Of a DNA stretch of 64,000 nt, positions 40,537-54,799 are shown one piece after another. The stretch spans positions 94,550,001-94,614,000 of the forward strand of contig NC_043006.1 in the NCBI RefSeq assembly GCF_006345805.1, written 5' to 3'. The position numbers and the translations under genes are program-made. The notes below the pieces were generated by a model. The model made no database searches and had not been told where the DNA came from. It saw only the letters and a program-made list of their open reading frames with translations. Position 1 is the first letter of the stretch. Every line of letters starts with the position of its first letter. This DNA comes from Octopus sinensis (Eukaryota).

Positions 40537-40602
<66 letters not shown>

Positions 40603-40830
40603 TGTGTATGTATGCATATATTTGTCTGTCTGTATGTCCCTCCGCCATCTGTTGACAACCGAACCGATGTTGGAGGTAGTCAGATCCCTGTAACTTAACG
40701 GTCCGGCAAAAATACCGAAAGAATAAATAACAGGTTTACAAAAAATAAGTCCAAAATTTGATTTGTTCACTTAAAGGCGGTGCTCCAGCATGGCCGCAGT
40801 CAATTGACTGAAACACGTAAAGGAATATGT
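40310..40830 (+). mobile_element. tRNA-derived SINE, family B (head, body, internal microsatellite, tail)
   Basis: gggttcagtcc B-box; gggccgaccaaagccttgtgagtggatttg body; (TG)n; conserved tail. Confidence 0.75.
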
Positions 40831-40896
40831 GACCTCGTCTGTATGACTAGCGATTTTTTTCCCCTGTCTTCCCTTCTCGGGATCTATCCTTCTCCT

Positions 40897-40931
40897 GTTT
40901 CCGATGAAGAGCTCCGCTCGAAACGTCAAAC
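40897..40931 (+). ncRNA. Minimal hammerhead motif, CCGAUGA core variant
   Basis: GUUU-CCGAUGA-A-GAGC-UCC-GCUC-GAAAC-GUC-AAAC; stems I and II fully paired. Confidence 0.6.
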
Positions 40932-41070
40932 CCCCTTCTTCCCTTCTTTCCAATAATACTTTCCAATAATACTTTATTTGTTCCACGTCCTTGCGTTGTT
41001 GTTTTTTTTGTTTTTGTTTTCTTGTTTGGATTAATTTAATTATATATATATATGCACATATTAATTATAT

Positions 41071-41114
<44 letters not shown>

Positions 41115-41950
41115 TATATATATATATACACATATTATATATATATATATATACATATTTATATGTACATACACATAGATACACACGTACACACGCATAC
41201 ATATGTATATGCATGTTTTCAATAAACCTTAAATAACATTTTTGTTTCCCTTTTATGTGTAAGAAAACCTCTGTTAAAGACACCAATAATTTTTTATGTC
41301 AGCGCGTGGACAACTATTATGAGCTCTACACTTACAGAGAAAGCTATCCGTTGGGAAGTCCTTACGAATCCCTGTATTCTGAGAATAATGTTTATGGGAG
41401 AATCAAATCTTTTGATGCCACTGTAGTTCCCATTAATATGATTTCTAGCCAGACTATTTTGAATAAACTATATAGCTTGGCAGTAATGAAAAGTAAAACC
41501 TCAAACAAATTCTCGAAAAAAGAAACTATGAATCTGCACAAGTGGGCATAAACCCTAACATAGATACATCAACAGTTATTTATGTGTGTGTGCGTCTATG
41601 TCCTTCCTCACCGACAAATACACTTGCATCAGATCATGCTCCCATGGCGCTGCCAAATACTCACACACATACGTATAGTTGATAAATTTAAATCTCAATA
41701 CATAATTCATGATAACAGCCAGATATATACGTTGACGCACACGCGCACACACACAGAAATACGAGTGTATAGATACATACACACTCTAGTAGAAAGAGAT
41801 ATGTCGGGTCGGATACTTTGTGCATTGCACGTGCACATTCACGCTTAAGATAAGCAAAGGTGCTTCACAATAAATTTGCCAACAACAGTTTGTTTGGTAC
41901 TGGATTACATGGATTTATATGTGCGTGTGTGTGTACGTATGTGTATACAT

Positions 41951-41981
<31 letters not shown>

Positions 41982-42054
41982 GTCAGTCAGTCAGTCAATC
42001 AGTCAGTCAGTCAGTCAGTCACTCAATCAATCAATTAATCTATCTATGTATCTG

Positions 42055-44958
42055 TCTAGAGTAGAGGGTGAGCTAGTTAAGAAGCTAGAAGAGGCAATTA
42101 GAAGCGGCATCGCATCCGACGTTTCGGCGGCGAGGTTGGCCCTCGACCAACACTTCAACGCCAACAACGAAGGGTGTACTGTCAGAGCTAGGATGCGTGC
42201 TCTAAGGAACGAAGGTGTTGGAGCCGCGAGAGAGGGCCGGATGGCAGAGGCGCAACAGGACAACAAAGCCACCATTCGGTCTCTGGTAGATGAACAGGGG
42301 CACGAATTCCTCGAGCCAAGTAAAATGTGTGAGGCCTTTCAACAGCAATTTGCCCGACTGTTCGGGACGAGTGGAGGGCAAGAACGTAGGGTGGACTTCA
42401 GTGCCTACCTACATAGCCTACCACGACTCTCGACAAGAGAGGCAGGGTGCTGCGAAGGTGCCATCACGGCGGCGGAAGTGCAGGACGCGATGGCAGAATG
42501 CTCGAGGGACAAATCGCCGGGTTTGGATGGTCTACCCTACGAGTTGTATGCCAGACTTGTTTGGAGACGTCTTGGCAGCGGTGTACTGCAACTGGCAGCA
42601 AAACGGGAGCATTCCTGGTTTTGTGAGCCGAGGAGCCGTATCACTGCTGAAGAAAGATCTAAACAAGGGAAATGTAATAGATAACTTTAGGCCCATCACT
42701 CTGCTTAATGCAGACTTGCAAATTTTACCAAGGTGTTAGCTAAGAGGTTGGCGCTTGTTATCGAGAAACTGGTCGACAAGGCGCAAACGTGCGCCGTGCC
42801 GGGCCGGACCATCCATGACAACCTCCACCTGATGCGTTACATCATAGACAGGGTAGTTAACGAACCTGGCATGGGTGGGGCGCTGATAAATTTGGATCAA
42901 TCGAAAGCTTTCGATAGGGTAGACCATCGATACTTGGGGGCTGTCCTCAGAGCGGCTGGCTTCGGTCCCGTCTTCTGCGGCTGAATAGCCGCTTTGTACA
43001 GAGGCATCCGTTCGGTAATTCGTGTAAATAGACATCTATCGAGACCTTTCGACATCGCACGTTCGGTCCGTCAGGGATGCCCCCTCTGGTCGCTTCTATA
43101 CATATTGACTCTCGAGCCATTATTGCGGAAGCTGGCAACTCTGAGGGGCATCCTGCGAGAACTGGGATGCGGGACGAGCGTGTCTGCATACGCGGACGAC
43201 GTCACCGTCATGGTGTCTAGCCACGAGCATATCGAGCAGGTCGGCGAGACACTAAAAAACTACGAAGCGGTGACAGGAGCGAAAATCAACCGGGAAAAGT
43301 CAGTGGGCTTGCGACTAGGCACCTGGAGAAGCAAGCCCATGCCGTCCACCAGCGCCTCCGTTGTGGGACGATGGACCGACGGTCCGGTCGAGTTGCTTGT
43401 GGTCTGGTTCGGTCCGGACCTCCAAATGGAGAAGAACTGGAACGAGATAACAAGCAGGTTGGTCACTCTCGCCCGGCAATGGACCGAGAGGAATCTGTCC
43501 CTAAAAGGTCGGGCGGAGGTGGCGAACTCGTACATCGCGTCCGTCATCTACTACCACCTGACCGTCGTACCTTGTCCCGACACTACCATCACCAAACTAG
43601 AACGCATTCTCTTTCGCTTCTTGTGTAAAGGATGCGTCCCGATGGTCAGGCGATCCATTTGCTGTCAACACCCGTTAAAAGGAGGACTGGGCATGCCGTG
43701 GTTGATGATGCGCTGACACGCGCTGAGACTGCGACACCTCAGGCTCTTCGTAGACGACGGTGAACAGGTGTGGTCGCCGTTTGTGAGGCACGCTTTCCCG
43801 CAGCTAGTCTCCATGACCGAACTGCAGTCCTGGATCAAAAAGAGCCCGAGGAAGGGCGAATGGCACCGCGAGTGTCGCGTTGCTCTCAAGCAACTCTGCC
43901 GTCCCGGGTCGATCCTGAGTGACTCCATCACAACCCAAGCATTCTATAGGGGATTAGTGGAGGGGAGGTACGACGACGATCTTGGGGCGAACCTGGACAT
44001 CGACGAGGAATACCTGACCCGCCTGTTCGGGACGACTTTCGGGCCAGGGCCCATGGACAATTTCCAGAGATCCCTGGCCTAGCAGTGCTACCGAGAAGCG
44101 CTACCCGTTCGGGATAAGCTCTACAGACACGGCTCGAGAAACACAGGGCCGACCTGCCCGAGATGCGGTCAGAGCGACGAAACCGTTCTGCACGCACTCG
44201 TGCAGTGTCCAACAATTTCCGTCCTGTGGGCTTATGTCGAACAACTGCTGTCACGTGTGGGACGTGTCGGTTTGTCAGCTGAGTCTATCGGCAATATTGT
44301 CACGCCTCCTTCCTTCAAACGGGAAGGAAGAGGTATTTTCATCATCCTTGTTGCTATGGCGAAAGAATGTATCTGGTGGACGCGTCTGAAAGGCTTGGAG
44401 ACAAACACTTTCCTCTCTGGTCAATCTCTCATCAACTTCTTCAAGTACCACTTGAAAAGGAAAGTGAGAGTAGAGAGGCAAGTTTTGTCTAGCGAATGTT
44501 TTAAAAAAAAGATGGGTGAATGTAGCAAGGATGGCACGTATGAATGACGAAGCCACCTTGAGCATAATCCTATGAACGCAGAAATTGAAAACAGTGGGTT
44601 ACCCACTTGCAAAAAAATGTGGTAACATATAACAATATTGACCGGGGTTACCGTGGTCTTTTTCGTAGGCTTTTCTTCCCACGGATAAACCTTATCTGCT
44701 TCCCCCTTTACACCGTACATCATGACACTGTGATACACGATCTCTATTGATCGTTTTTTTTCCTCTTCCCCTTTTTTCCTATTTTTTCTTTTTTCTTTTC
44801 TTTTGTTTCTTTTCCTTTTTTTCTTTTTTCTTTTTTCCTTTTTACGATCCCTTTTGATCGAAAACCTACGCCACTGTTTTTTTTCATCCCTGAAAAGAAA
44901 AGCTCTACCTTGTAATTTGTCCCATCTGTGTCCAGCCCTGTGTGCCCAATAAAGAAAC

Positions 44959-44960
<2 letters not shown>
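42055..44960 (+). mobile_element. 5'-truncated L1/Tx1-clade LINE (ORF2: RT and C-terminal CCHC; 3' UTR)
   Basis: KSPGLDGLPYE, FRPITLLN, LDQSKAFDRV, VRQGCPL, AYADDV, CPRCGQSDETVLHALVQC; stops at 42982, 43714 and 44080 plus frameshifts; T-rich UTR ends aataaagaaac; (ATCT)n on both sides. Confidence 0.93.
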
Positions 44961-45028
<68 letters not shown>

Positions 45029-45524
45029 GTCTGTCTGTATATCTGTCTGTCTGTCTGTCTGCCTGTCTATTTATCTATCTCACTAGCTATCTGTCTGTCT
45101 GTCTGTATGTATGTCTGTCTATATATCTATCTCCTCTCTCCCTCCCTCCCTCCCTCTCTCTCACTCTCTCTCTCTATATATATACATACATACATACATA
45201 CATACACACACACACATATATATATATATATATTATATACATGATAAGAAGAAAACAAGGGATTAAAAGATTCAGGCAGATACCCATAAAGCGCTCAATC
45301 TTAAAAGAATTTCGTAAATTCTCTCCACCAATCAGACCCCAGTAAACGCAAGTAGAATACACTTGCATGGTAATTCCTCACATATGCCAAGTATATCGAA
45401 ATATCATTCAGAAGAATTTTGAGAAATTCCGAGTATCAGACAACAAAACTACGGATGAAGAAAGTCACATAATTAATTGTAGAGTTCACCATACAAACCC
45501 ATTTATGCATTAAAGATATGGGTT

Positions 45525-45940
45525 TTCTCTTTACTCTTTTACTCTTTTACTTGTTTTAGTCATTTGACTGCGGCCATGCTGGACCACCGCCTTTAATCGA
45601 GCAACTCGACCCCGGGACTTATTCTTTTGTAAGCCCAGTACTTATTCTATCGGTCTCTTTTGCCGAACCGCTAAGTGACGGGTACATAAACACTCCAGCA
45701 TAGGTTGTCAAGCAATGCTAGCGGGACAAACACAGACACACAAACATACACGCACACACATATATATATATATACTTATATACGACGGGCTTCTTTCTGT
45801 TTCCGTCTACCAAATCCACTCACAAGGCATTGGTCGGCCCGGTGCTATAGCAGAAGACACTTGCCCAAGGTGCCACGCAGTGGGACTGAACCCGGGACCA
45901 TGTGGTTGGTAAGCAAGCTACTTACCACACAGCCACTCCT
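45525..45940 (-). mobile_element. tRNA-derived SINE, family B, full length
   Basis: Reverse complement of the head, body and tail seen at 40310-40830 and 52221-52770. Confidence 0.8.
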
Positions 45941-46483
45941 GTTTTCTCTATCCGTATTTTTGGTGTTACACACACACACACACCCACACATGTACATAAT
46001 GGACTCTGCCGTGGTTAGGCAACGTACGGGGGTTCGACAATTTCTTACCGAACAACCACACAAATGATTTGTACATCGTGATGAAATGTTTGTGTAGACA
46101 TATGCTCACTCCCTCTCTTACATTGACGTTACCTATACAGGTGCAACGGGGTGCTCCATATTAAATGTCGAAATGATGGCAGAGCAACGTGAAATAATGT
46201 GCTTTGCTCAAGAATACAACGCAACGCCCGGTCTGGGAATCGAACCCACGATTTCGCAATCTTTTGTGCAACACCTTAACCACTACGCCATGCGCACACA
46301 CATACATACATGACGTCTATCTAACTGTTTTACTTACACGTGCCCCTGTCATGTATACATTTACTCACCGGTGTGACACAGGCATTGCTTCAATCGACAA
46401 AGCTGTGGAATTCGATGAGATAAAATACCCGGCGATTCAGAACCACGCAGACATTTATAGAAACTAAACCATCATAGAAACTA

Positions 46484-46697
46484 AAGGCGGCGAGCTGGCA
46501 GAGACGTTAGCACGCCGCGCGAAATGCTTAGCGGCATTTCGTCTTCCGCCGAGGTCGACTTTGCCTTTCATCCTTTCGGGGTCGATAAATTAAGTACCAG
46601 TTACGCACTGAGGTCGATCTAATCGACTTAACCCCTTTGTCTGTCCTTGTTTGTCCCTTCTATGTTTAGCCCCTTGTAGGCAATAAAGAAATAAGAA
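46484..46697 (+). mobile_element. tRNA-derived SINE, family A
   Basis: aaggcggcgagctggcagagacgttagc head; ends aataaagaaataag. Confidence 0.8.
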
Positions 46698-46776
46698 ACT
46701 AAACACACCAGCATTGGTTGTCAAGATATGTTGGGGGACTAACACTGACATACAAACATACGCACGCACACACATT

Positions 46777-46823
<47 letters not shown>

Positions 46824-47554
46824 ATATATATATATAGGACGGGCTTCTTTCAGTTTCCGTTTACCAAGTCCACTCACAAGGCTCGAGGCTATAGTAGAAG
46901 ACACATGCCAAAGGTGCCACAGAGTGGGACTGAACCCAGAACCATGTGGTTAGTAAGCAAGCTATTTACTACACAGCCACTCCTGAGCCTACCACTCTTG
47001 CACATAGAAATATAGAAAAATTATAAAGATTTTGCTACACAGCATTATCCAGTTACAATGTTGGCAATATTTTGACATTTATTCTAGCAACGGGGTGGAA
47101 CAGAAGCAGGAAGTAATGCACAACTTCAGCGGCATGAAATTCAAGTGAAGTCTTTGAAAACAGTCATGGAATATTTATGTCAAGCAATGGACGCTAAAGA
47201 AATAAATCGCCATTCGGTATTAATACAGCTTCCGTCAATAATAGTTTTTTTTTAATAAGCCTGTTGGTTATTTGCGACATCAGTGACTGAAATAACAGTG
47301 TGATTGTATATAGATAGCTGAGATTTCGCTGGTATACGGTGTTCGGGCAACAGGCACTGAGGAAGAAGAGCATGAGGAAATCACGTGATGTGGTACTTCC
47401 AAGTGAGCTCATCTGGCGATTCTCGTCTGTTAACGAAATGTTTGTGCTCTGAGTACCGTTCGTTTGTATGTATTATACAGTAGCACTCGGTGTTCTAACA
47501 ATACATTCACAGCGAGTAGGCTATAAAGATTGGCACACACACACACCACACACA

Positions 47555-47600
<46 letters not shown>

Positions 47601-47696
47601 TATGCATACATACATATATATATACACACACACATATATATGCATATATATATACATATATATATATACATATATGTATATATATATATATATATG

Positions 47697-47741
<45 letters not shown>

Positions 47742-47744
47742 TAG

Positions 47745-47794
<50 letters not shown>

Positions 47795-47804
47795 ATATAA
47801 TGAC

Positions 47805-48880
47805 ACACAACCCATGTCACCAGAATATCTTCAACATTGCCAAAGCAAACCTACCAATCATTGCTCAAAGTAATGAATTGAAAGATATAATCACGGATCG
47901 AGCTATGGTTCTTAGCCTAAAAACTTGAAAAAATTACTAACAAAGGCAAAATTTGACCTTAGCAACAAAGACCACTGTATCTAAATGCAATGATAGCCGT
48001 TGTGGCACATACCAATTCATACATACCAGCCAATATATAAACACAAAAACCGCGAAAATATTCACAAACGCGAATATGAACTGAAAAAGCAGAAATTTAA
48101 TTTACTGCATCAAATGCCCAAATTTTGAAGAAATATATGTAGGTCAGACGGGAAATGCACTATCAGAACGCTCACCTGTACACCGACAACAGATTAGAGA
48201 CCCAGAGGTCCGTCAGATACCTTTGAGTAACCACCTAGCAACATGTGGTCGGAAAATATATATAATATTTCCATTCTACAAATTACACAGCCCAAGTGAA
48301 ATCGAGAGGAAAATCAGAGAAAAGAATTTTATTGATAAATTCGAACCCAAGCTAAATAAGCAATAATAATAATACTTAGAGGTACTACTTCTACTGCTAC
48401 GACCATGACCACTAACAACAACAACAATACTAAAGGTGATCAAGATGAAGGTAGCAGGAAAATTATCTTATTTAGGGTTAAAAGTTCTATTGCCACCACC
48501 ATCACCACTAGCAACAATAATTAAGGTGCTGACAATGATGATGATGCCAATTGAAATATAAAAATCCCTGACAAAGGCTATTTACAACATTTCTAAAAAT
48601 AGCCCAACAATTGTTGCCTCGGCCAGGGTTAAGATACAGGACTCTTGACATGTTCAACAAAGCGTGACGCCTAAACCAATCAGCTTAAGTAATTGAGTGA
48701 TACTACACACTGATTGGTCAAAATACAGTTTGCAAAACGTAGCAATCTGGAGCCTACACAGCTGTATTTAAGACACAGATTTAATCATCTCGCTACAGTC
48801 AAAATTGTGAAGCATGACTGTCACCACTACTACATGGACCTGAAGATTGAAGAATTTAATGCATGAAAGTACTAGTTCAA
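47805..48880 (+). mobile_element. Neptune-like PLE 3' remnant (linker and GIY-YIG) with 3' HHR
   Basis: [44 protein letters not shown] across frameshifts. Confidence 0.82.
48836..48878 (+). ncRNA. Minimal type I hammerhead motif
   Basis: GGAC-CUGAAGA-UUG...CAU-GAAAG-UA-CUA-GUUC; stem I is 4 bp; palindromic GUAC in stem III. Confidence 0.55.
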
Positions 48881-49169
48881 ACAGAATGAACATTTAACAT
48901 TCTATTATTTTATTTTATTTTATTATATTATCTTATATCATTATAAGATTGTAAATAAAACGTGAAAATCAGACAAGGTTGGAATTCCTTTTATTAATAT
49001 ATTCTTCTATACACAATCACACACACCCATATATATATCTATACATATATGTATATATATATATATGCGTGGACTGGCGTCCCGTCTAGCTCGGGGGAAC
49101 ACATACGCCACAGAAACCGGAAAAACGGCCCATGAGCCTGGCTAGGCTTGAAAAGGGCGACGTTTATCG

Positions 49170-49212
<43 letters not shown>

Positions 49213-49213
49213 C

Positions 49214-49274
<61 letters not shown>

Positions 49275-49331
49275 TATATAATATATATATATATATATAA
49301 CATACATACATACATAATATATATTATATAT

Positions 49332-49385
<54 letters not shown>

Positions 49386-49440
49386 TATTATGTGTGTGTG
49401 TGTGTGTGTGTGTCTGTGCGCGCATACCTGCCTACCTACA

Positions 49441-49491
<51 letters not shown>

Positions 49492-49931
49492 ATATCTGTG
49501 TAGTTACACGTGCATTTATCATGTTTATGTCTGCTTAACGATGTCACACAGACATTGCTTCAATTTACATAACTGTGGAACCCGATGAAATAAAGATCGA
49601 TAAATATATACATCGATTAAATAAATACCTCACTGACGTATGAGCTTGAGTGGATACGAATGTCTGGCCTATTAATCGCGTGCTGGGGACACAGCATCGC
49701 TGTTGGCCAATCAATGACATCAGTGAAAACATAGTTTACCTAAACAAACACACACAAAATTTCCGCGCACGTGCACTCTCTCATACATACATTCTTGAGC
49801 GATTACACACAAGACTGAACCTGGAGTAACAATGGATTAAATCATCAACATTCTACTATAGTCCCTTACACGTAATGAGTAGATTTCCAATTCATAATTC
49901 TAAATCTGCCCATATTGTCTCTCCCTCTCTG

Positions 49932-50042
49932 ATGAAAGGCAAAGTCGACCTCGGCGGAACTTGAACTCAGAACGCAACGACAGACGCAATACCGCTAAGC
50001 ATTTCGCCCGGTGTGCTAACGTTTCTGCCAGCTCGCCGCCTT
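49932..50042 (-). mobile_element. SINE family A, 5' half
   Basis: Reverse complement of the family A head. Confidence 0.75.
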
Positions 50043-50537
50043 AGACACACATTATATATCGTTGTAGAGTGAACTGACACCCACGCACGTGACTGTCAGT
50101 GGACTGGACGAGTCTTATAAATGGATGAGCCAGTAGAGAGTTGAGGTCGAACTGTGAGCGCGTTAGTCTCGTTATTACTCTGCGATGGAATATTGGATCG
50201 TCATTATGCGAAAGGTTATAAGATACTCAACTCTCGTTACGTTGTTTATGGTTATACGGTTATATTTGGTACACACATACATCATATACATCATATATTG
50301 TTTATACACACATACATCATATATTGTTACATACACACATACATCATATATCGTCACTGACGATATAATACACATACACACACATGCTGATGTTATATCT
50401 ATAAGTTATATGTTGATGCAAACAGGAAAAATTGAGCTCAGAATATTAGTATAAGTAGATATACACATTTCGTGCGTCGGCACGCACGAATCTCTCGGGT
50501 TTGAATTACTCTTTCACTTTAGCTAAACATTAACAGG

Positions 50538-50577
<40 letters not shown>

Positions 50578-50754
50578 AATTAAATTCATTTGCAGCTCTC
50601 TATTTAATTTATTGTATGTAACTTGCATCATACACATAGTGATGTGGTATTCAACCGACTTACCAGTTTAATTGGATGTTTTACACACCCCATGAAGGAA
50701 AGTGTGTGTGTGTGATTTGTATGAATGTATATAAGTTTGTGCGTGTGTATATAT

Positions 50755-51589
50755 ACGATACGAAAGGTATTTGAGGACATACCTTTTGTGGGTCATTGCT
50801 GCATTTTTTGCTCACTCTGTATAATCTTTGTTTCAGAAAATAATAATGGCAGACACTCAGCTTACTCAAGAAATGAAGCGGCGTGCTGTTATTGTGGTTA
50901 TAAAAGCTGAGCATAGCGATTTAGAAATATATCGATTTTTAAAACTTGCCAGATCCTTTGTCTACAAAATTTGTAAGGAGTTAAAGACTGAAGATAAAAA
51001 CGTATCACCAGTATCAAATCAGAAAAAAGCATTCTAAACACTTTGAAATCATAAGAACATGAGTATGTCCAGCAAGTTCAACAGAACATTCATTACAATT
51101 CCAGTCCTGGAAATAATTGTTAAGCCCTGCATAGGTAGTGTATGCAATGGAAGGCCATAGGTGTTTCAGTATGACTCTGCACTATCAAACATGGCTCTAC
51201 CAACACAGGAATGGATAGCGGAAAAGTTTCATCATCACATAACCCTTAACATTTGGCCTCCTAATTCCCCAGATCTCATTCCATTGGACTATTACATATG
51301 AAGCGTTGTTGAGAAAGAAGTCAATGAATACGCCCATAACACCAAAGATACTTTAAAAGCAGCCACTGTCAGAGTAATGTCCAAAATGAACTAGGATCTG
51401 TTTTAAATAATTTAGATATCATACAGAAGCTGTTGTTGCAGCTGGAGGTGGGTTTATTAAATAATATTATAGAAAAGGTTTATTTTTATCATCATAGCAT
51501 TTTTTGATAAATAAAGTTATCAGTTATTATATACCTGTTTTTCTTTTTATAAACATAAATCTGTCTTCAAATATCTTACGCACTCTGTA
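50755..51589 (+). mobile_element. Internally deleted maT/DD37D-like transposon
   Basis: N-terminal HTH-like EMKRRAVIVVIKAEHSDLEI; WPPNSPDLIPLDYY; diverged TIRs (ggtatttgaggaca / tgtcttcaaatatc) with TA ends. Confidence 0.75.
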
Positions 51590-52005
51590 TAAATCCCCAA
51601 AATGGAACAAGAACGCAACAGACGACAATAACACATCCGGGCAAATAGACGATACAAAGACGGGCGAGAAAAGAAAAAAGACGACTCATTCTCAGCCTAC
51701 TTTTCTAAGTAAAGCTTGCAGATATCCTTACAGTTTCGGCCGGATACACTTTGAGAGTGTTCAAATCTGGCCGGTCTCAGAAATCCCTAAGAGCATGAAA
51801 TATTTTGGAAGAAAGCAAGAAAATGTATTCGACAAATAAGACAACACCGCCCCACCCCAAAAAAACAAAACAAAACCGAGAAAGTGTTACACAATTACAA
51901 ATACAAACAACATATATGTCTATATCTATATCTATATCTATATCTATATCTATCTATCTATCTATCTATATATTATATGGCTGTCTGTCTGTCTGTCTCT
52001 CTCTC

Positions 52006-52128
<123 letters not shown>

Positions 52129-52169
52129 ATCTATATATATATATTATATATATATATATTATATTATAT

Positions 52170-52201
<32 letters not shown>

Positions 52202-52220
52202 ATATATATATATATATATA

Positions 52221-52387
52221 AGGCGCCGGAGTGGCTGTCTGGTAAGACGTTTGCTTTTTCTAATTACATGGCTCCGAGTTCAATACCTCTGCGTGGTACC
52301 TTGGGAAAGTGTCTTCTACTATTGCCTCTGGTCGACAAAAGTCTTCTGAGTGGGTTTTATGTTGACGGAAACCGAAAGAAGCCCGTC

Positions 52388-52434
<47 letters not shown>

Positions 52435-52518
52435 ATATATGGTTCCGGGTTCAATACCTCTGCGTGGTACCTTGCCAAGTGTCTTATACTATTGCCTCTG
52501 AAGAAGCCCGTCGTATAT

Positions 52519-52573
<55 letters not shown>

Positions 52574-52770
52574 GTATGTATATGTTTGTGCGCCTGTGTT
52601 TGTCGCCTTCAACATCGCTTGACAACAGATACTGGTGTTTTTACGTCCCCGTAAATTAGCGACTCGGCCACAGAGTGCTAGGCTCCCAAAGTCTTGGGAT
52701 ATATTTCTCCGACTAAAGGCGGTGCATCAGCATGGCCGCAAGTCAAATGACTGAAACAAATAAAAGAATA
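52221..52770 (+). mobile_element. SINE family B with internal partial duplication
   Basis: ttcaatacctctgcgtggtaccttg occurs twice (about 52278 and 52450); family B tail follows. Confidence 0.75.
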
Positions 52771-52834
52771 CACACACACACACACACACACACACAAATA
52801 TATGTATATATACATATATGGAAGCACTCCGTCG

Positions 52835-53195
52835 GTTACGATGATGAGGGTTCCCGTTGATCCGAATCAACGGAACAGCCTGCTCGTGAAATTAACGTGT
52901 AAGTGGCTGAGCACTCCACAGACACGTGCATCCTTAACGTAGTTCTCGGGGATATTCAGCGTGACACAGAGAGTGACAAGGCCAGCCCTTTGAAATACAG
53001 GTACAACAGAAACAGGAAGTGAGAGAAAGTTGTGGTGAAAGAGTACAGCAGGGATCACCACCATCCCCTGCCGGAGCTTCGTGGAGCTTTTAGGTGTTTT
53101 CGCTCAATAAACACACACAACGCCCGGTCTGGGAATCGAAACCGCGATCCTATGACCGCGAGTCCGCTGCCCTAACCACTGGGCCATTGCGCCTC
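52835..53195 (-). mobile_element. tRNA-derived SINE, family C
   Basis: Reverse-strand head ggcgcaatggcccagtggttagggcagcggac...gtttcgattcc; body matches the 35065 copy. Confidence 0.8.
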
Positions 53196-54799
53196 CACAT
53201 ACATATATATACACGCGCAGATATATATGAATGTTTTTTGTCCATGCATTGTTTCCAGTGAAATACATAACGTTTTCACTCCCGTAATTATTCGTTCTTC
53301 GTTGTTTCGAAGCTCTCAGCTCAACGCAACTACATACAACACCTGTAGATTGGATGTATGGTTATGTGTATGTGAGTATGTGTGCGTATGTATCAGCATG
53401 TGTGTGTGTGTTTTAATGCATATATATTGCTCTCGGATTGTGTGTTATCTTCGTATATGGAATACGCATACCTCAAACTTCACGACATCAACAAGAACAA
53501 GAGAAACATGGACAATAACGGAACGACTGAAATATTCAATAAAGCATCCACTTCTCCTAAATCTATATTTAATGTCGGTTAACGTTGGGTTTCTAAATAT
53601 TGACTTTGGTTCTGTTGATGAAACACAGAGAAGGACAGAGAGAAAGACAGACAAAAAGCCGGGAAGAGATAGAGAGAGAGAGAGAAGAATGAAAGAATGA
53701 GAGAGAGAGAGAGAGAGAGAAAAGGAAAGAGGCAGAAAGAGAGAAAAGACATGGAGTTCAAGATCTGCGTAAAGAAAGCATGAAACATTGGAGACGTAAT
53801 GCACGTGCTATGTGTATACACACACACACACACATATTTGTGTGCATGCGTATGTGTGTGTGTCTGTGTGTACGAATGTGTATGCATGAACAAAGAAGGG
53901 AGAGAGAGAGTGAGTGGCAGGGGTGACGGACTGATAGAAAGCGGTTTCTGTTCAAACGCAATAATACACTCTGTAGAACATAAATTGCAACGCGCATGCG
54001 TCAGTTGCGTTCCTATACTTTTGCATCTGATTGTAGGCAGGCGTATGTCGACATACAAACACACTCACGCACACACATGCACAAACACACACATGCACAA
54101 ACACACACATGCACAAACACACACACGACAAATACAGTCGCGCACACACACATACACTACCATAACGATGATATAATGTAGAAAACCTGTAAACATGTAT
54201 TTGTCTCGAGAAAGCATCTCTTATATAGAGATAGTATTTAAAACAGAAATACATAAAGCAAACGACGAAAAATTGGAAATCTTTCGTCACACATCCGGTG
54301 ACACGCGGGATGGAAGATTGGTGAAGAGGTCACAGGGTGTGTGATGAAAAATTTCCAGATAATGAACATAAAATAAGAGCAATAATAAGCAAGTGAAAAA
54401 TAGTTTTTGCTATGGAAGCTTTATTGATAAAAAAGATTACAAATAAACAAATGGATTCGGCAGACGTGAAATCAACTATGGTATTAACCAGAAGTCAGAC
54501 ATCAAAAGATGTTAAATTCGGTGTGGATGATTTTATTAGCTAACGCATCATTCTGATGATTGCTTACTGCCTGTTACAAGAGGTGAACACGACGTAGGCA
54601 CAAACGTACTCACTCACACACACACAGACACACGCACACACACACACACACAGACACACGCACACACACACACACACATCGCACTCAGTATTATATTTAT
54701 AAAAAATATATTTGTATTGATTGTCTGACGTTTAGCCGACAGAAGCACAACTATGCAATTTTAGAAATCCATTATAGTGTTCCCTTACTTTAAGATTGG

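Noticed and set aside
41255-41551. 98-codon non-repetitive ORF
   Set aside because: Only a faint resemblance to a PLE RT motif (YPLGSP); it cannot be supported as either gene or TE without a profile search
49620-49760. Cluster of CRE-, CCAAT- and FOX-like words
   Set aside because: Short motifs are expected by chance, and there is no associated gene or TSS evidence
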